From: the human T2T-CHM13v2.0 reference genome, Homo sapiens
DNA: 64,000 bases
Direction: 5' to 3' (one strand)
Assembly (NCBI RefSeq): GCF_009914755.1
Contig: NC_060931.1
The notes below the pieces were generated by a model. It ran no database searches, had not been told where the DNA came from, and saw only the letters and a list, made by a program, of their open reading frames with translations. Both the position numbers and the translations under genes were made by a program. Each line of letters starts with the position of its first letter. Positions within the stretch are counted from its first letter, which is position 1. This document shows positions 1 to 17,869 of the stretch, one piece after another.

Positions 1-341
1 GGTAGTCACCTGTGTTTGCTAATTGAGTTTAAATGAAAACTAAATTTCTCCTATCTTTATGAGCAGAGGCATGTTTGCCAACGAAAGTTAGGCTCCTATC
101 ATCCCAGGTAACTGGGAGATAGAGCCTCTATCTTCCTTGATGATTATATTTCAAAGAGTTGTCATTCAAGTCCTTGAGAAAACCTTCCTGAGCTGCTTAT
201 TTACATACATTTCAAAGAGACTGAGAAAAGGACTTACAAGTTTTCTACCATAAATAAGGAAAAGGGGGTAAAGGAAATCTCTTATTTTATTTTCAAGAGA
301 GGGGATTAAGCCCCTTACTTCTAATTTGTATTTGCCCTTAT
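1..341 (-). mobile_element. ERV1-class LTR fragment (MER34/MER39-like), cut by window start
   Basis: Minus strand reads TATAAGGGCAAATACAAATTAGAAGTAAGGGGCTTAATCC..., resembling the recalled 5' end of MER34/39-group LTRs. Confidence 0.55.
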
Positions 342-493
342 AATAGACTCAAAGTTACAATGAGATATAAGGCATTTGTTAGTTTTAAATAAAATTTTTC
401 TTTCACTGATTTTAAAGGTGACCTCAAAGATAGAACGAACAGGGGCAGATACTGAAAAGAGAAGCCTAATGAAAAATGTAATATCTGTTCTTA

Positions 494-882
<389 letters not shown>

Positions 883-1211
883 CTAAAATCTTTAGGGACT
901 CTGCAGGGAGATGAGTTTTACTATGACAATGGGAGATGAACAGCCAAGCACGGCAACAATATCTCCTGCTTGGTGTTTACTAGAATTTTCCAAGCACTGG
1001 CAGAACTTTGCTCAGTGAGGGAAGTGCTGAAGTGATCCAACATTAGTTGGGTGATTAAACTGCAACAGGATAATATTCAGGGCTTCTTCCAACACTGAAA
1101 TTCTATGATATATTTGCATATTTTATAGATAAGAAATGTGCCTATATTCCTGAATGTGTAGTCAGAGAAATTGTTGATACAATAAAATAACCTAACATCT
1201 TTGTATTTCAG

Positions 1212-1250
1212 TTTGAAACCGCTCAGCCTGAGAGATTACCCTGTAGAAAG
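1212..1250 (+). CDS. Candidate 39-nt internal exon of an unidentified gene
   Basis: CTAAC branch-like motif (1192-1196), ttgtatttcag acceptor, AAG|gtttgt donor, length divisible by 3; open as FETAQPERLPCRK (phase 0) or xLKPLSLRDYPVE (phase 2). Confidence 0.4.
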
Positions 1251-2019
1251 GTTTGTTTTGTTCACAAGATTAGTCAGGCTAACTGCTTTAAAGGCCAGGG
1301 TGCAGAAAATGCTTTATTTAAAGCTTATTTTATTTAGCAGGTTGTGCAGGCTGTTTCTAGAATTCAAAAAATGTTTAGGCCTGGGAAAAAATGCTGTAGT
1401 GTGTAAGGAGAAGGATAGGAAATAAAGCAATGACGGAGAGAACTGTTTGCACCAAAATGAAAGAAGAGCAGGAAGATGGGTAAAGTCCAGGTTCAATATG
1501 CCGTGAAAGTCATATAAGAGAATAACAGTCCTGAAAGAAATGAACTGAGCAGGGAAGGTGAAAAGCATCTTAAGAAGAAAAGGGGTTCTAAATACTCTGA
1601 AAGAAACCATAGTCAAAGAGGTTACTTCAGGGCCAACACAAATTGAAGCAGGGAAGATCTTGATCAAAGGATATTTGAACTGCTGAGAAACAGAGTGAAG
1701 GATTAAAAGAATTGGGTGCTTATGTTTGGAACATGCCCAGACAATTGTCTTATGATTTTTCAAGGCTTCAGTTCATAAGTTAGAAGGCTAGATAGTTAAT
1801 TGTATTACTTGGTTATCAGATTTTATTTTTATACTTTTTTTCTGGTTATTAAAATTAAAACATGCTCGTTCTTGAAAACATTTTCAAATGCATCAAAGTT
1901 TTAAAGTCTCTTGCACTGCCACTATTTTATCATTCTCAGTCTTTAAATTCTATATTCTAAACTTCTATACAGGACTTTTCCTTCTGCTTCTAGTGCACTA
2001 TATTTTAATAGCCTATTGC

Positions 2020-2210
2020 ATGGGCTCAAGATAGTTTTAAATCCCTGTTCTAGAACTTATTGGCTGCATTATACACTATACAGCCTCTCTCAGTTATTTC
2101 TTATTTATAAAAATGGAAGAAATTATATTTTGTAGGTATGTTAGAAGGAATAAATGAGAAAAGGCTGTAAAAGTGCTTAGCACAAAGCTTAGTGCCTACT
2201 AAACATTCCA
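2020..2210 (+). mobile_element. MIR fragment
   Basis: ctctctcagtt...ataaaatggaa...gaaggaataaatgagaa...gtaaaagtgcttagcaca resembles the MIR core. Confidence 0.6.
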
Positions 2211-3212
2211 TAACCTATAATTTATAATATAATTATACTACACTGACAGCATATTTGTCAAAATCTTATTTGAAACTCTGCTTTTCAGTCATTGTTGTAT
2301 ACATTGCAGTCCAAATTCTGGAAGCATATATCTCCTATAATTCATAATAATACTACCCAGGTTTGGAACATCTTGCAGAATTCAACAATATCTATATATC
2401 ATTTTATCTTTTTTATTCTATATTTTTAAAGTTTAGCTCTTTTGTAACATGTCTTCACCATTTTCATTATGCCTCTCTTGGACATTTCTCAGTATGAATT
2501 GAACAATATGCCACAAAAAGTATGTTCTTAAATGTTACGGAGCTATAAAGGAAAGGGAGAGAGTATGCCTACTATGTGTCAAATGCCTTAAATATATTTT
2601 TTTCTTTCATTTCATTCTCATGGAAGCATTTACTTTCTACAAATGAGAAAACTGAAGCTCAAGAGATTAGTTGATGTTAAATTTGGCTTAAAATACTTTG
2701 AGGAAATGAAAATAATAAATCACTTTTTATAAGTAATCCAAATGGTCATTCCCACAATACACTTAAATTTTGCACAGGAAATTCTTTGAAGCAAATTTTA
2801 TTGTTATTTGGAATAACACTAGAAAACATTAAAATTGCCCTCCCAAACTGCTCTTCTGAACACCAACCTTAATCGGTGGATAACATCTTCATTCTTCAGT
2901 GGCTCAGACCAAAAACTTTGGAAGGCTTCCTTGACTCCAATACACCAGCAAATCCTGCCAGCTCTACCTTCAGAATGTATCCCAGATCCTCCCATTTATC
3001 CCCACTTCTAGAGCTGCCTGCCCAGTTAAAGAACCATCATGTCTCACGTGGACATCACTTTCCAACTGTTGCCATTGATTCTTCCTGTAGTCTCTACTTT
3101 GCCAGTCTGTTCTGAACACAGCTTATCTAAATGAAAGTCACCTTGTCACTTCTTTGTTCAAAACTTTACAATTGCTTCTGACTTTCCACGAGGTTAAAGC
3201 CAAATATTTATA

Positions 3213-3284
3213 AAGATTAAAATCTCTATAAAGATATAAATCTCTATAAAGATTAAAATCTCTATAAAGATATAAATCTCTATA
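3213..3284 (+). repeat. Minisatellite: four 18-bp units alternating A-B-A-B
   Basis: aagattaaaatctctata / aagatataaatctctata repeated twice. Confidence 0.95.
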
Positions 3285-3355
3285 AAGATTAAAGCCAAAT
3301 CTTTATAAGGGCTGTAAGAACCATTTTCTCTGGAACCCACTCTCTTTATATGTTC

Positions 3356-3978
3356 TTTTTTTTTTTTATTATGTCAGTAGGTTTTTGGGGACCAGGCAGT
3401 GTTTGGTTACATGAATAAGTTTTTTAGTGGTGCTTTTTTTTTTTTTCCCAAGAGGGAGTCTCACTCTGTTGCCCAGGCTGGAGTGCAGTGGCGTGATCTT
3501 GGGCTCACTGCAACCTCCACCTCCTGGGTTCAAGCAACTCTCTTGCCTCAGCCTCCCAAGTAGCTGAGATTACAGGTGCCAGCCACCATGCCTGGCTAAT
3601 TTCTGTATTTTAGTAAAGATGGGGTTTCACCATGTTGGTCAGTCTGGTCTCGAACTCCTGAGCTCAAATGATTCACCTGCCTTGTCCTCCCACAGTGCTG
3701 GAATTACAGGCGTGAGCCACCGCACCCAGCCTTTAATGGTGACTTCTAAGATTGTGATGCACCTGTCACCCAAGCAGTGTAGACTGTGCCTAATGTGTAG
3801 TCTTTTATTCCTCATCCCCCTCCCACCCTTTCCCCCAAGTTCCCAAAGTCCATTGTGTCATTCTTATGCCTTTGTTTCCTCATAGCTTAGCTCCCGCTTA
3901 TGAGTGAGAACATAACAGTGTTTGGTTTCCCATTCAACCTGGATGGAATTGGAGACCACTATTCTAAGTGAAGTAACA
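3356..3978 (-). mobile_element. L1PB1-like 3' fragment with short 5' inversion, interrupted by an Alu
   Basis: Poly(T) then taggtttttgggga...ggttacatgaataagt, typical of L1PB 3' ends; orientation flips at about 3936 (aacctggatggaattggagacc...gaagtaac). Confidence 0.8.
3434..3731 (-). mobile_element. AluS inserted in L1PB
   Basis: Full antisense Alu; TSD tttagtggtg (3423-3432) / tttaatggtg (3732-3741). Confidence 0.95.
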
Positions 3979-4699
3979 CTTATATTTTATGGTCTGTTCT
4001 CTTTTCCTTTAAGTTTCTGATGCATGTCACATTCTCAGCGAGGTCTTCTCCAAATATGCTTATTAAATCACAACTCCACACATGTGCCCACATCTCCTAA
4101 TTCCCTTTTCTGTTTCATCTCTCCATAAAACTTATCATCCTGACTTACGATATTACTTATTAGAAATATTGTAAGTTTATGTGTTTCCCCAAAGATAATT
4201 TAAACTTCATGAAGACGGGAGTTATTTTCTGTCTGTTTATTAATGTATCTATATTACTTAAAATAACCAATCTAATGGGTGGTAGTCAATAAAACATATG
4301 TTAAATAAATGAATGGGTATTCATTTATATGGGAATCGTTTTAGTTGCCTAAATGCTGTAACTGAACACATTCCCCCAATCATTGAGGATCAGCCACACC
4401 ACTTCATTAAAACCATTTCAGTTCAGGCTGAACCAAAACACTTGAAGCTTTGCCTTTTGCCCGCCATGTTAAAATGAATAGCTAAAAACAAAGACAAACC
4501 ACAAAATAATGTTAGCACTACTGTAAACCTAGCTACATCTCAGTTACCCAGATCATGAAAGCACCCAGAAAAAAACATACTAAGCTCAATTAAGGGAGCT
4601 TTGTGTGTAGATAGAGACATAGATATACACACACATACACTATATACAAGATAATACACCACCTATAAACTGGAAAATGTTAGCAAAGCATCTGCATGA

Positions 4700-5617
<918 letters not shown>

Positions 5618-5851
5618 TGACAAATTTCTTTTTTTTTTTTTTTTAAATTATACTTTAAGTTTTAGGGTACATGTGCACATTGTGCAGGTTAGTTACATAT
5701 GTATACATGTGCCATGCCGGTGTGCTGCACCCACTAACTCGTCATCTAGCATTAGGTATATCTCCCAATGCTAACCCTCCCCCCTCCCCCCACCCCACCA
5801 CAGTCCCCAGAGTGTGATATTCCCCTTCCTGTGTCCATGTGATCTCATTGT

Positions 5852-9679
<3,828 letters not shown>

Positions 9680-9742
9680 TATGATGTTAGCTGGTTATTT
9701 TGCTCGTTAGTTGATGCAGTTTCTTCCTAGTCTCGATGGACT

Positions 9743-10760
9743 TTACATTTTGGCATGATTTTGCAGCGGCTGGTACCGGTTGTTTCTTTCCATGTTTAGG
9801 GCTTCCTTCAGGAGCTCTTTTAGGGCAGGCCTTGTGGTGACAAAATCTCTCAGCATTTGCTTGTGTGTAAAGTATTTTATTTCTCCTTCACTTATGAAGC
9901 TTAGTTTGGCTGGATATGAAATTCTGGGTTGAAAATTATTTTCTTTAAGAATGTTGAATATTGGCCCCCACTCTCTTCTGGCTTGTAGGGTTTCTGCCAA
10001 GAGATCCGCTGTTAGTCTGATGGGCTTCCCTTTGAGGGTAAACCGACCTTTCTCTCTGGCTGCCCTTAACATTTTTTCCTTCATTTCAACTTTGTTGAAT
10101 CTGACAATTATGTGTCTTGGAGTTGCTCTTCTCGAGGAGAATCTTTGTGGCGTTCTCTGTATTTCCTGAATCTGAACGTTGGCCTGCCTTACTATATTGG
10201 GGAAGTTCTCCTGGATAATATCCTGCAGAGTGTTTTCCAACTTGGTTGCATTCTCCCCTTCACTTTCAGGTACATCAATCAGACGTAGATTTGGTCTTTT
10301 CTCATAGTCCCATATTTCTTGGAGGCTTTGCTCATTTCTTTTTATTCTTTTTTCTCTAAACTTCCCTTCTCGCTTCATTTCATTCATTTCATCTTCCATC
10401 GCTGATACCCTTTCTTCCAGTTGATTGCATCGGCTCCTGTGGCTTCTGCATTCTTCATGTAGTTCTCGAGCCTTGGTTTTCAGCTCCATCAGCTCCTTTA
10501 AGCCCTTCTCTGTATTGGTTATTCTAGTTATACATTCTTCTAAATTTTTTTCAAAGTTTCCACCTTCTTTGCCTTTGGTTTGAATGTCCTCCCATAGCTC
10601 AGAGTAATTTGATCGTCTGAAGCCTTCTTCTCTCAGCTCGTCAAAGTCATTCTCCATCCAGCTTTGTTCCGTTGCTGGTGAGGAACTGCGTTCCTTTGGA
10701 GGAGGAGAGGCGCTCTGCGTTTTAGAGTTTCCAGTTTTTCTGTTCTGTTTTTTTCCTCAT
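9743..10760 (-). pseudogene. L1 ORF1, +1 frameshift just after the start codon
   Basis: ATGAGG followed by 7 A instead of 6; the downstream 304 aa from MENDFDE is open to ...QNHAKM*. Confidence 0.92.
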
Positions 10761-11665
10761 CTTTGTGGTTTTATCTACTTTTGGTCTTTGATGATGGTGA
10801 TGTACAGATGAGTTTTTGGTGTGGATGTCCTTTCTGTTTGTTAGTTTTCCTTCTAACAGACAGGACCCTCAGCTGCAGGTCTGTTGGAATACCCTGCCGT
10901 GTGAGGTGTCAGTGTGCCCCTGCTGGGGGGTGCCTCCCAGTTAGGCTGCTCTGGGGTCAGGGGTCAGCCACCCACTTGAGGAGGCAGTCTGCCCGTTCTC
11001 AGATCTCCAGCTGCGTGCTGGGAGAACCACTGCTCTCTTCAAAGCTGTCAGACAGGGACATTTAAGTCTGCAGAGGTTACTGCTGTCTTTTTGTTTGTCT
11101 GTGCCCTGCCCCCAGAGGTGGAGCCTACAGAGGCAGGCAGGCCTCCTTGAGCTGTGGTGGGCCCCACCCAGTTCGAGCTTCCGGGCTGCTTTGTTTACCT
11201 AAGGAAGCCTGGGCAATGGCGGGCGCCCCTCCCCCAGCCTCGCTGCCGCCTTGCAGTTTGATCTCAGACTGCTGTGCTAGCAATCAGCGAGACTCTGTGG
11301 GCGTAGGACCCTCTGAGCCAGGTGCGGGATATAATCTCGTGGTGCGCCGTTTTTTAAGCCGGTCCGAAAAGCGCAATATTCGGGTGGGAGTGACCCGATT
11401 TTCTAGGTGCATCCGTCACCCCTTTCTTTGACTTGGAAAGGGAACTCCCTGACCCCTTGCGCTTCCCGAGTGAGGCAATGCCTCGCCCTGCTTCGGCTCG
11501 CGCACAGTGCGCGCACCCATTGACCTGCGACCACTGTCTGGCACTCCCTAGTGAGATGAACCCGGTACCTCAGATGGAAATGCAGAAATCACCCGTCTTC
11601 TGCGTAGCTCACGCAGGGACCTGTAGACCGGAGCTGTTCCTATTCGGTCATCTTGGCTCCTCCTC
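10761..11665. promoter_or_regulatory. L1 5'UTR with sense and antisense promoters, CpG-rich
   Basis: Complete 5'UTR, YY1-type CAAGATG core at the 5' end (GGCC mutated to GACC), many retained CpGs. Confidence 0.85.
11216..11431 (+). CDS. ORF0: L1 ORF0 (71 aa, antisense 5'UTR ORF), intact
   Basis: MAGAPPPASLPPCSLISDCCASNQRDSVGVGPSEPG...RHPFL*; splice donors after nt 106 (11321|gtgcgg) and nt 191 (11406|gtgcat). Confidence 0.85.
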   Translation: MAGAPPPASLPPCSLISDCCASNQRDSVGVGPSEPGAGYNLVVRRFLSRSEKRNIRVGVTRFSRCIRHPFL

Positions 11666-11957
11666 TGACAAATTTCTCTATTTTGTCTTTTACTTCTGTT
11701 GATTTCTGTTTATTTTTAAATCTATGTTTTGTAACTTAGTTATGTTCATTTCCTGTGTTACTTTTTATATTTTCTGGGTTATTTTGTCTATGCTATATAT
11801 TATCTTCTTGTATGTATTTACACATTTGTACCATACATTACATATTAAAATATACAGAGCTATGTTGAGGCTCTTAATGCTATTAACACCTTCTAGTGAA
11901 AATTAAAATTTGCTTCTGGCAGACAGGCTAGAGGGTTCAGCTAATTCATCAATTAAA

Positions 11958-12096
11958 CAGAGTTTAATTGGTGCTATTAGCTAAACAAATTATGAAAGAA
12001 AGTTGCTTGTGTGTAAACCTTATGGCACATGAAGAGTTGAACATTCTCCTTTCTGGATAACATCACTTCAGTAGGCTTATGTTTTGCTGAGGTAAT
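11958..12096 (+). repeat. Copy A of a 139-bp diverged direct duplication
   Basis: Ungapped match to 13617-13755, about 112/139 identical by hand count. Confidence 0.9.
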
Positions 12097-12932
12097 GTAA
12101 ATATGATACTTTATTAATAAGAATAAATTATGATGTAAATAAAAAATGATTATGCATTCTTCCTGATGCTGTCTCCACTATATCACATTACATATATTTT
12201 AGATAGTTATATTCTTATGGAGTCAATGAAATTTAGATTTTCCTTGGCCTAGGCAATTTCTCATTACATTAATTGCATTATTATAATATACAATTATTTA
12301 AATAATAAATATTTGAAATAACATTCACATTAATGTAGTCGAACACCCTTGCCACCATGTGCTGCTCTTTGCCTCTACATATTTACCCAGACGAGAGTTT
12401 GCACATATGGTCCAACTCCTGTGCCAATTCCAGCTGACGGGCTGAGTGGCTGCCTAGGACACAGTTAAGAGAATCTGAAGTTTTATACACAGTTCTGATA
12501 TGGATGCAGGTGAGAGAAGTTCTGAAGAAATAAAGGTATATTTCCCATCACTAAGATCTCTTTCACTTAGTTTTTCTCCAGGCTATTTGCCATTTGTCCT
12601 ATTTCTTAATCTATCAGCATTCAGGCAGCAGGGCTCACTGTGAGACTCATCTCATAATTCTTAGCACATTTTTTTCCTGAATCTGTACTCATCCTCAAGT
12701 TCCATCTCTCAAACAGAATCTACTTCCTCCCTGCATCTCTAAAATAGAGACTACGCTAATATTTGTCATTTAAATCCTGTGTGGTTGACTCTCAGAAGAT
12801 TTTTGGAAATGGAGATATATAATAGTTGTATATCCTAAGCTTACCTTCATACAGGTCTGTCTCTACCATTTTAAAACTTGACTTCTGAAATTTATTCTTA
12901 AACATTATTTTCTTCGTATCTTAACAATCTAG

Positions 12933-12950
12933 TACATCAAATGGCTCCAA
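12933..12950 (+). CDS. Candidate 18-nt microexon
   Basis: ttttcttcgtatcttaacaatctag acceptor, consensus |gtaagt donor; YIKWLQ (phase 0) or xTSNGS (phase 2). Confidence 0.35.
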
Positions 12951-13199
12951 GTAAGTCATTTTGAAAGGAAAAGTGCAGATAGTGTGTACATAGGCTTAGG
13001 AGAGATAGAACTGTAGTCAGGTCTGACGAAGAAAGACGTCATAGATTCAGTAGAGGCACCTCCTTCTGCACATTAGTACCGCTAGGATCTGCTCCCGCCA
13101 ACATTCGCTCCCCAGGAGTCTCTCTCTTCGTCTGTGTATCTTTATCTTTGGTAAAATCATAATCATTTGTATTTCCTTTGATCTCTACTGCACATGTGT

Positions 13200-13207
13200 A
13201 TACATGC

Positions 13208-13243
<36 letters not shown>

Positions 13244-13250
13244 ATATACT
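13200..13250. repeat. (AT)n microsatellite
   Basis: Direct reading. Confidence 0.9.
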
Positions 13251-13479
13251 AGAATATGTATAATATGTTTGATTTTCTTAAAACAATCTTTCACTTTGAA
13301 ATTCTTAGGTGACACTTTTTATTTGTTTATTATTATGTTTTTTTTTTTGCTGATGTGATTGGGATTTTTTGTTTTTTTTTTTCAGTTTTCGGTATTTCAG
13401 AACCCGTCTGAACTCCACAAAATAAAGTTTGAAATATGAAATAGTTAATTATTCAAATAACACTAGAATAATTATTTGT

Positions 13480-13582
13480 GCATATATATGTGTGTGTACA
13501 ATTAGGATGATATATATATGTGTGTGTATATATATGTGTGTATATATATATATGTGTGCATATATATATACACACACACATA
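13480..13582. repeat. (AT/GT/AC)n compound microsatellite
   Basis: Direct reading. Confidence 0.9.
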
Positions 13583-13616
13583 AAGGATTTACCTTCCAAA
13601 GGGCAGTGAAAGCAAT

Positions 13617-13755
13617 CAGAGTTTATTTGGTGCTATTAGCTGGAGCTATCATGAAAGAAAACTTCTCGTTAGTAAACATTATGGTACATGAAGAGTTGAA
13701 AATTCTCATTTCTAGAGAATACTACTTTAGTAGCCTTGTGTTTTACTGAGATAAT
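13617..13755 (+). repeat. Copy B of the 139-bp diverged direct duplication
   Basis: Ungapped match to 11958-12096. Confidence 0.9.
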
Positions 13756-14339
13756 CCCTATGCCTTCTGTTTCCTTTAATGAACTGCTCCTTATTTTTAA
13801 TGGATTGCAATAGAAAATACTAAGATTATAACAACAATGCCACGATTAACTGACGTTCCTTCATCTATTTTCCTTTCATCCTCTAATTACTTTGTCTCTC
13901 CTCACTGATCTATCTTTATTTCAGCATTCAGTAATTTGGCTAACTTATTTCACGTTTCCTGCTCTAGAGGAAAGAGCAGTGTCCCTAAGAGCAGAAAGTG
14001 CAATGACATTTTAAAAATACAAAAGTCCAGCATATAATTAAAAATAGTGAGAAGACAACTTTTTCTTTGGCATTGCCCCTGAACTCGAATGAAAGAACAT
14101 TTGCAGTACAAAGCATCCTATTTAGATTTTCATCTAAACAATGGGCCTAACATTCAGGCCATACACACCAGGAGAGCTGGAGCAGTTGCTTAAATGTTGG
14201 ATGCTGTTGTATTTGTCAGGTTGTAGCCTGCTCGGAACCTGGGGTGGTCTCCTGCCATCCTTGCAGACCTGCTGCATCCCCCGTGTAACCCAGACCTGTT
14301 TATCATCCAGGAGGTAAAACGTTAGAGGACTGACTCTGC

Positions 14340-14420
14340 GTGAGTTTTATAAGCTGCAGCTTATTCTAATTGGTCAGTGATTTTATAACTAGCCATCCAA
14401 TAATTTGAATATGACTCAAC
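14340..14420 (-). promoter_or_regulatory. Candidate promoter/enhancer motif cluster
   Basis: Minus strand order TGAGTCA (AP-1), ATTGG, TATAAAA, CCAAT, TATAAAA; perfect palindrome ataagctgcagcttat at 14349-14364. Confidence 0.3.
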
Positions 14421-15018
14421 TCACAAAATCTGGCCTCAGAACAACTTCAGTGAGTGTACCTGACAAATACAGGACTTGCCATTTTATTCTCCTTGTGCCA
14501 TTGCATTATTACATAAATTATTCAAAATAGTAACGCGTTGATTAATAAGATCATTAATGGATTTTGAAATTAAATACAACCTTGATTGCAAAAAATAAAT
14601 CATTTTCTGTCACAGGATGAGGGACTGTACTCACACAATATTAGGTCATGTCTAATAAGGGTCAGTGCATTTAGCCTTTGTCTTAATACGCCAGCAGGAA
14701 GTCTGCTTTCTTCAGGTGCTATGTAATTTAGGGGGAATAGAATAATCTGAAATAAAATACATCACCTGAAACAAAAACGCATGAGAACATACTGCTTAAA
14801 GCAGACAGTCTTTAATTATAAAATATGAACCCATATGTATGGCATCAAAAATAAGTTTAAGTGTTTTAAAAAAGGTTTCAAAAAACTTAGTAACTAAATG
14901 GTCTGTTTAGATTAATTGTTAGGATTGGGAACCGAAGTTGTTTAACACGTGTAATACATATAAGCTCATAGGTAGGGTATCAAGCACAGCACTAGGTATC
15001 TATAGAGCGTTTTTGCGA

Positions 15019-15045
15019 TACACACACACGCACACACACACACAC
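15019..15045. repeat. (CA)n microsatellite
   Basis: Direct reading. Confidence 0.9.
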
Positions 15046-16170
15046 CGTGTCTTTGGCTCACAAGTAGCTTTAATATGGGCCAAGAAAGCACTTAAGCCAA
15101 GGAGCTTTAGTTAATTATGCGCATGCTGAGAGATTAAGGGAAAGTTTAGTGATGTCTGCAACTTTGAAGTGCACCAAAAATAAGACGTATTAGTAACTGG
15201 ATAGAATAAAGTCTATTTGATAAAGCATTTATAGAAAAATGTTAATTTTGAAATCTAGGTAATGGCTGTTCACCGTAAATTCTTTTAACATTGCTGTATG
15301 TTTAAAAATATTATAATAAAGTGTTAGAACAAAATCTATTTTTTCTTGATGTGCTAGATTTCTTGAAATCTATTTTCATATTCCCTTCTCATGGACTGAT
15401 ACAGGAAGAAGGGTTTGGGGTCACTCTAGTTGTGTTAAAAAGTTTTATTCATATCCTTATAGAATAAAAGTCAGAACAAAGATCAGGCTCAGAGAAAACG
15501 GAGTTGATAAAACCGATGTGTTCTGTAATTTCTCAGATATATATTTATTGAGATACAAGACAACAGGATTGACTTAACATTATAGGTGACGTGATTGTAG
15601 AAATTTAGTATTTTGGTCATTTTTCCCTATCATGTGATTAACATTGAGAATTTAGGGAATGTTAGAAAGATACATCTGTGCTTAGTGGGTATGATACTTG
15701 ATTTTGGATAAGATCTTTTATTCTTTTAATAAAAACAAAAATGAAACATGGAAATCATTATAGTTAAGTGAAGGGCAATGTTTACCATTTTCGAAATGCA
15801 CTTTAGAAATTACAAGAATTTGTGAATTTTTATTAGAAATTTAATGAAAAATATTAACCAGCATTCAATTGAATACACAGGATTTAATTGGATAAAATTA
15901 ATCATGAACATGAACTACAGAATTATTGTGATCTATTAGTTTAAAGATGTAAGCAGACATATTGGCAAATGTATGTTTACACCTTTAAATTACTGGATCA
16001 CTATAATTCTGTAATTAAAAACCAAATTGAGTGAATCAGACACTAACCAGTGTAGATTCATAACTCCTTGAGATCTATGTGTTGAACAATCAAGTAAAAA
16101 TTTATTGCAGAATTTTAGATCAAATATAGATCTCCTCACTTCTTTTGCCACTACTAAAATGCAAGACCAT

Positions 16171-16554
16171 TGATATGGTTTGGCTGTGTCCCCACCCAAA
16201 TCTCATCTTGAATTTTAACTCTCACAATTCCCACTTGTCATGGGAGGAACCTGGTGTGAGGTGATTGAATTATGGGGTGGGTCTTCCCTGCACTGTTCTC
16301 GTGATAGTGAATGAGTCTCACGAGATCTGATGGTTTTAGAAAGAGGAGTTCCCCGACACAAACTCTCTTTTTCCCTGCTACCATCCATGTAAGATGTGAC
16401 TTGCTCCTGTGTGCCTTTCACCTTCTGCCATGATTGTGAGGCCTCACCAGCCACCTAGAACTCTATAACCTCTTCATCGAATAAACTTCTTTCTTTTGTA
16501 AATTGCCCACTCTCGAGTATGTCTTTGTCAGCAGCGTGAAAACAAACTAATACA
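16171..16554 (+). mobile_element. THE1 (MaLR) solo LTR, THE1A/B-like
   Basis: TGATATGGTTTGGCTGTGTCCCCACCC...ACTAATACA termini; perfect 5-bp TSD accat (16166-16170, 16555-16559). Confidence 0.93.
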
Positions 16555-16936
16555 ACCATCCAGGGTAGTACGTATTTACACAACTATTTGTCTTCACTAA
16601 TTTTCACACTTTCTTCCCAAAATTATTTCACAAAATTCTCTATTGCACTTGTTAAAATCTGTGTTGCGTTAGAACTAAAAGAACAATTCTACAACTGTAG
16701 CCTTTACAAAGGCTGTTGCCTTTAACCACTGTTCTTCACTGAAGTCAGGTTCTTACCCAAGGATGCCACCCTCCTGAAGTGGAACTATTTGCTCCTGTAT
16801 ATTTTATGCCATTGGAACAAGAGGTCAGCATTAATATTCTCCTATAAACCTAGACTTCTCCTTTTCCACATGTATGTGCAAAACCTTTCTCCTCCAAGAG
16901 TTCTGCCATGCAGGTAAAAAGTCTCCCTTGTAATAA

Positions 16937-17869
<933 letters not shown>

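Larger units (their letters stand above)
2835..4320 (+). mobile_element. L2 3' region, interrupted by a tandem repeat and an L1PB/Alu insertion
   Basis: L2-like motifs (gctcagaccaaaaac, cagcaaatcctgccagctctaccttcagaat) and the terminal caataaaacatatgttaaataaatgaatg. Confidence 0.7.

Noticed and set aside
1314-1763. 149-aa minus-strand ORF
   Set aside because: No recognisable domain; antisense of purine-rich, probably old L2-like sequence.
3213-3284. CRISPR-like array
   Set aside because: Head-to-tail units with no unique spacers, no cas genes, and a primate context.
13386-14644. Further possible plus-strand exons (13386-13426, 14220-14313, 14616-14644)
   Set aside because: Acceptors are plausible but the donors (gtttga, gtaaaa, gtcatg) are weak, so I did not call them.
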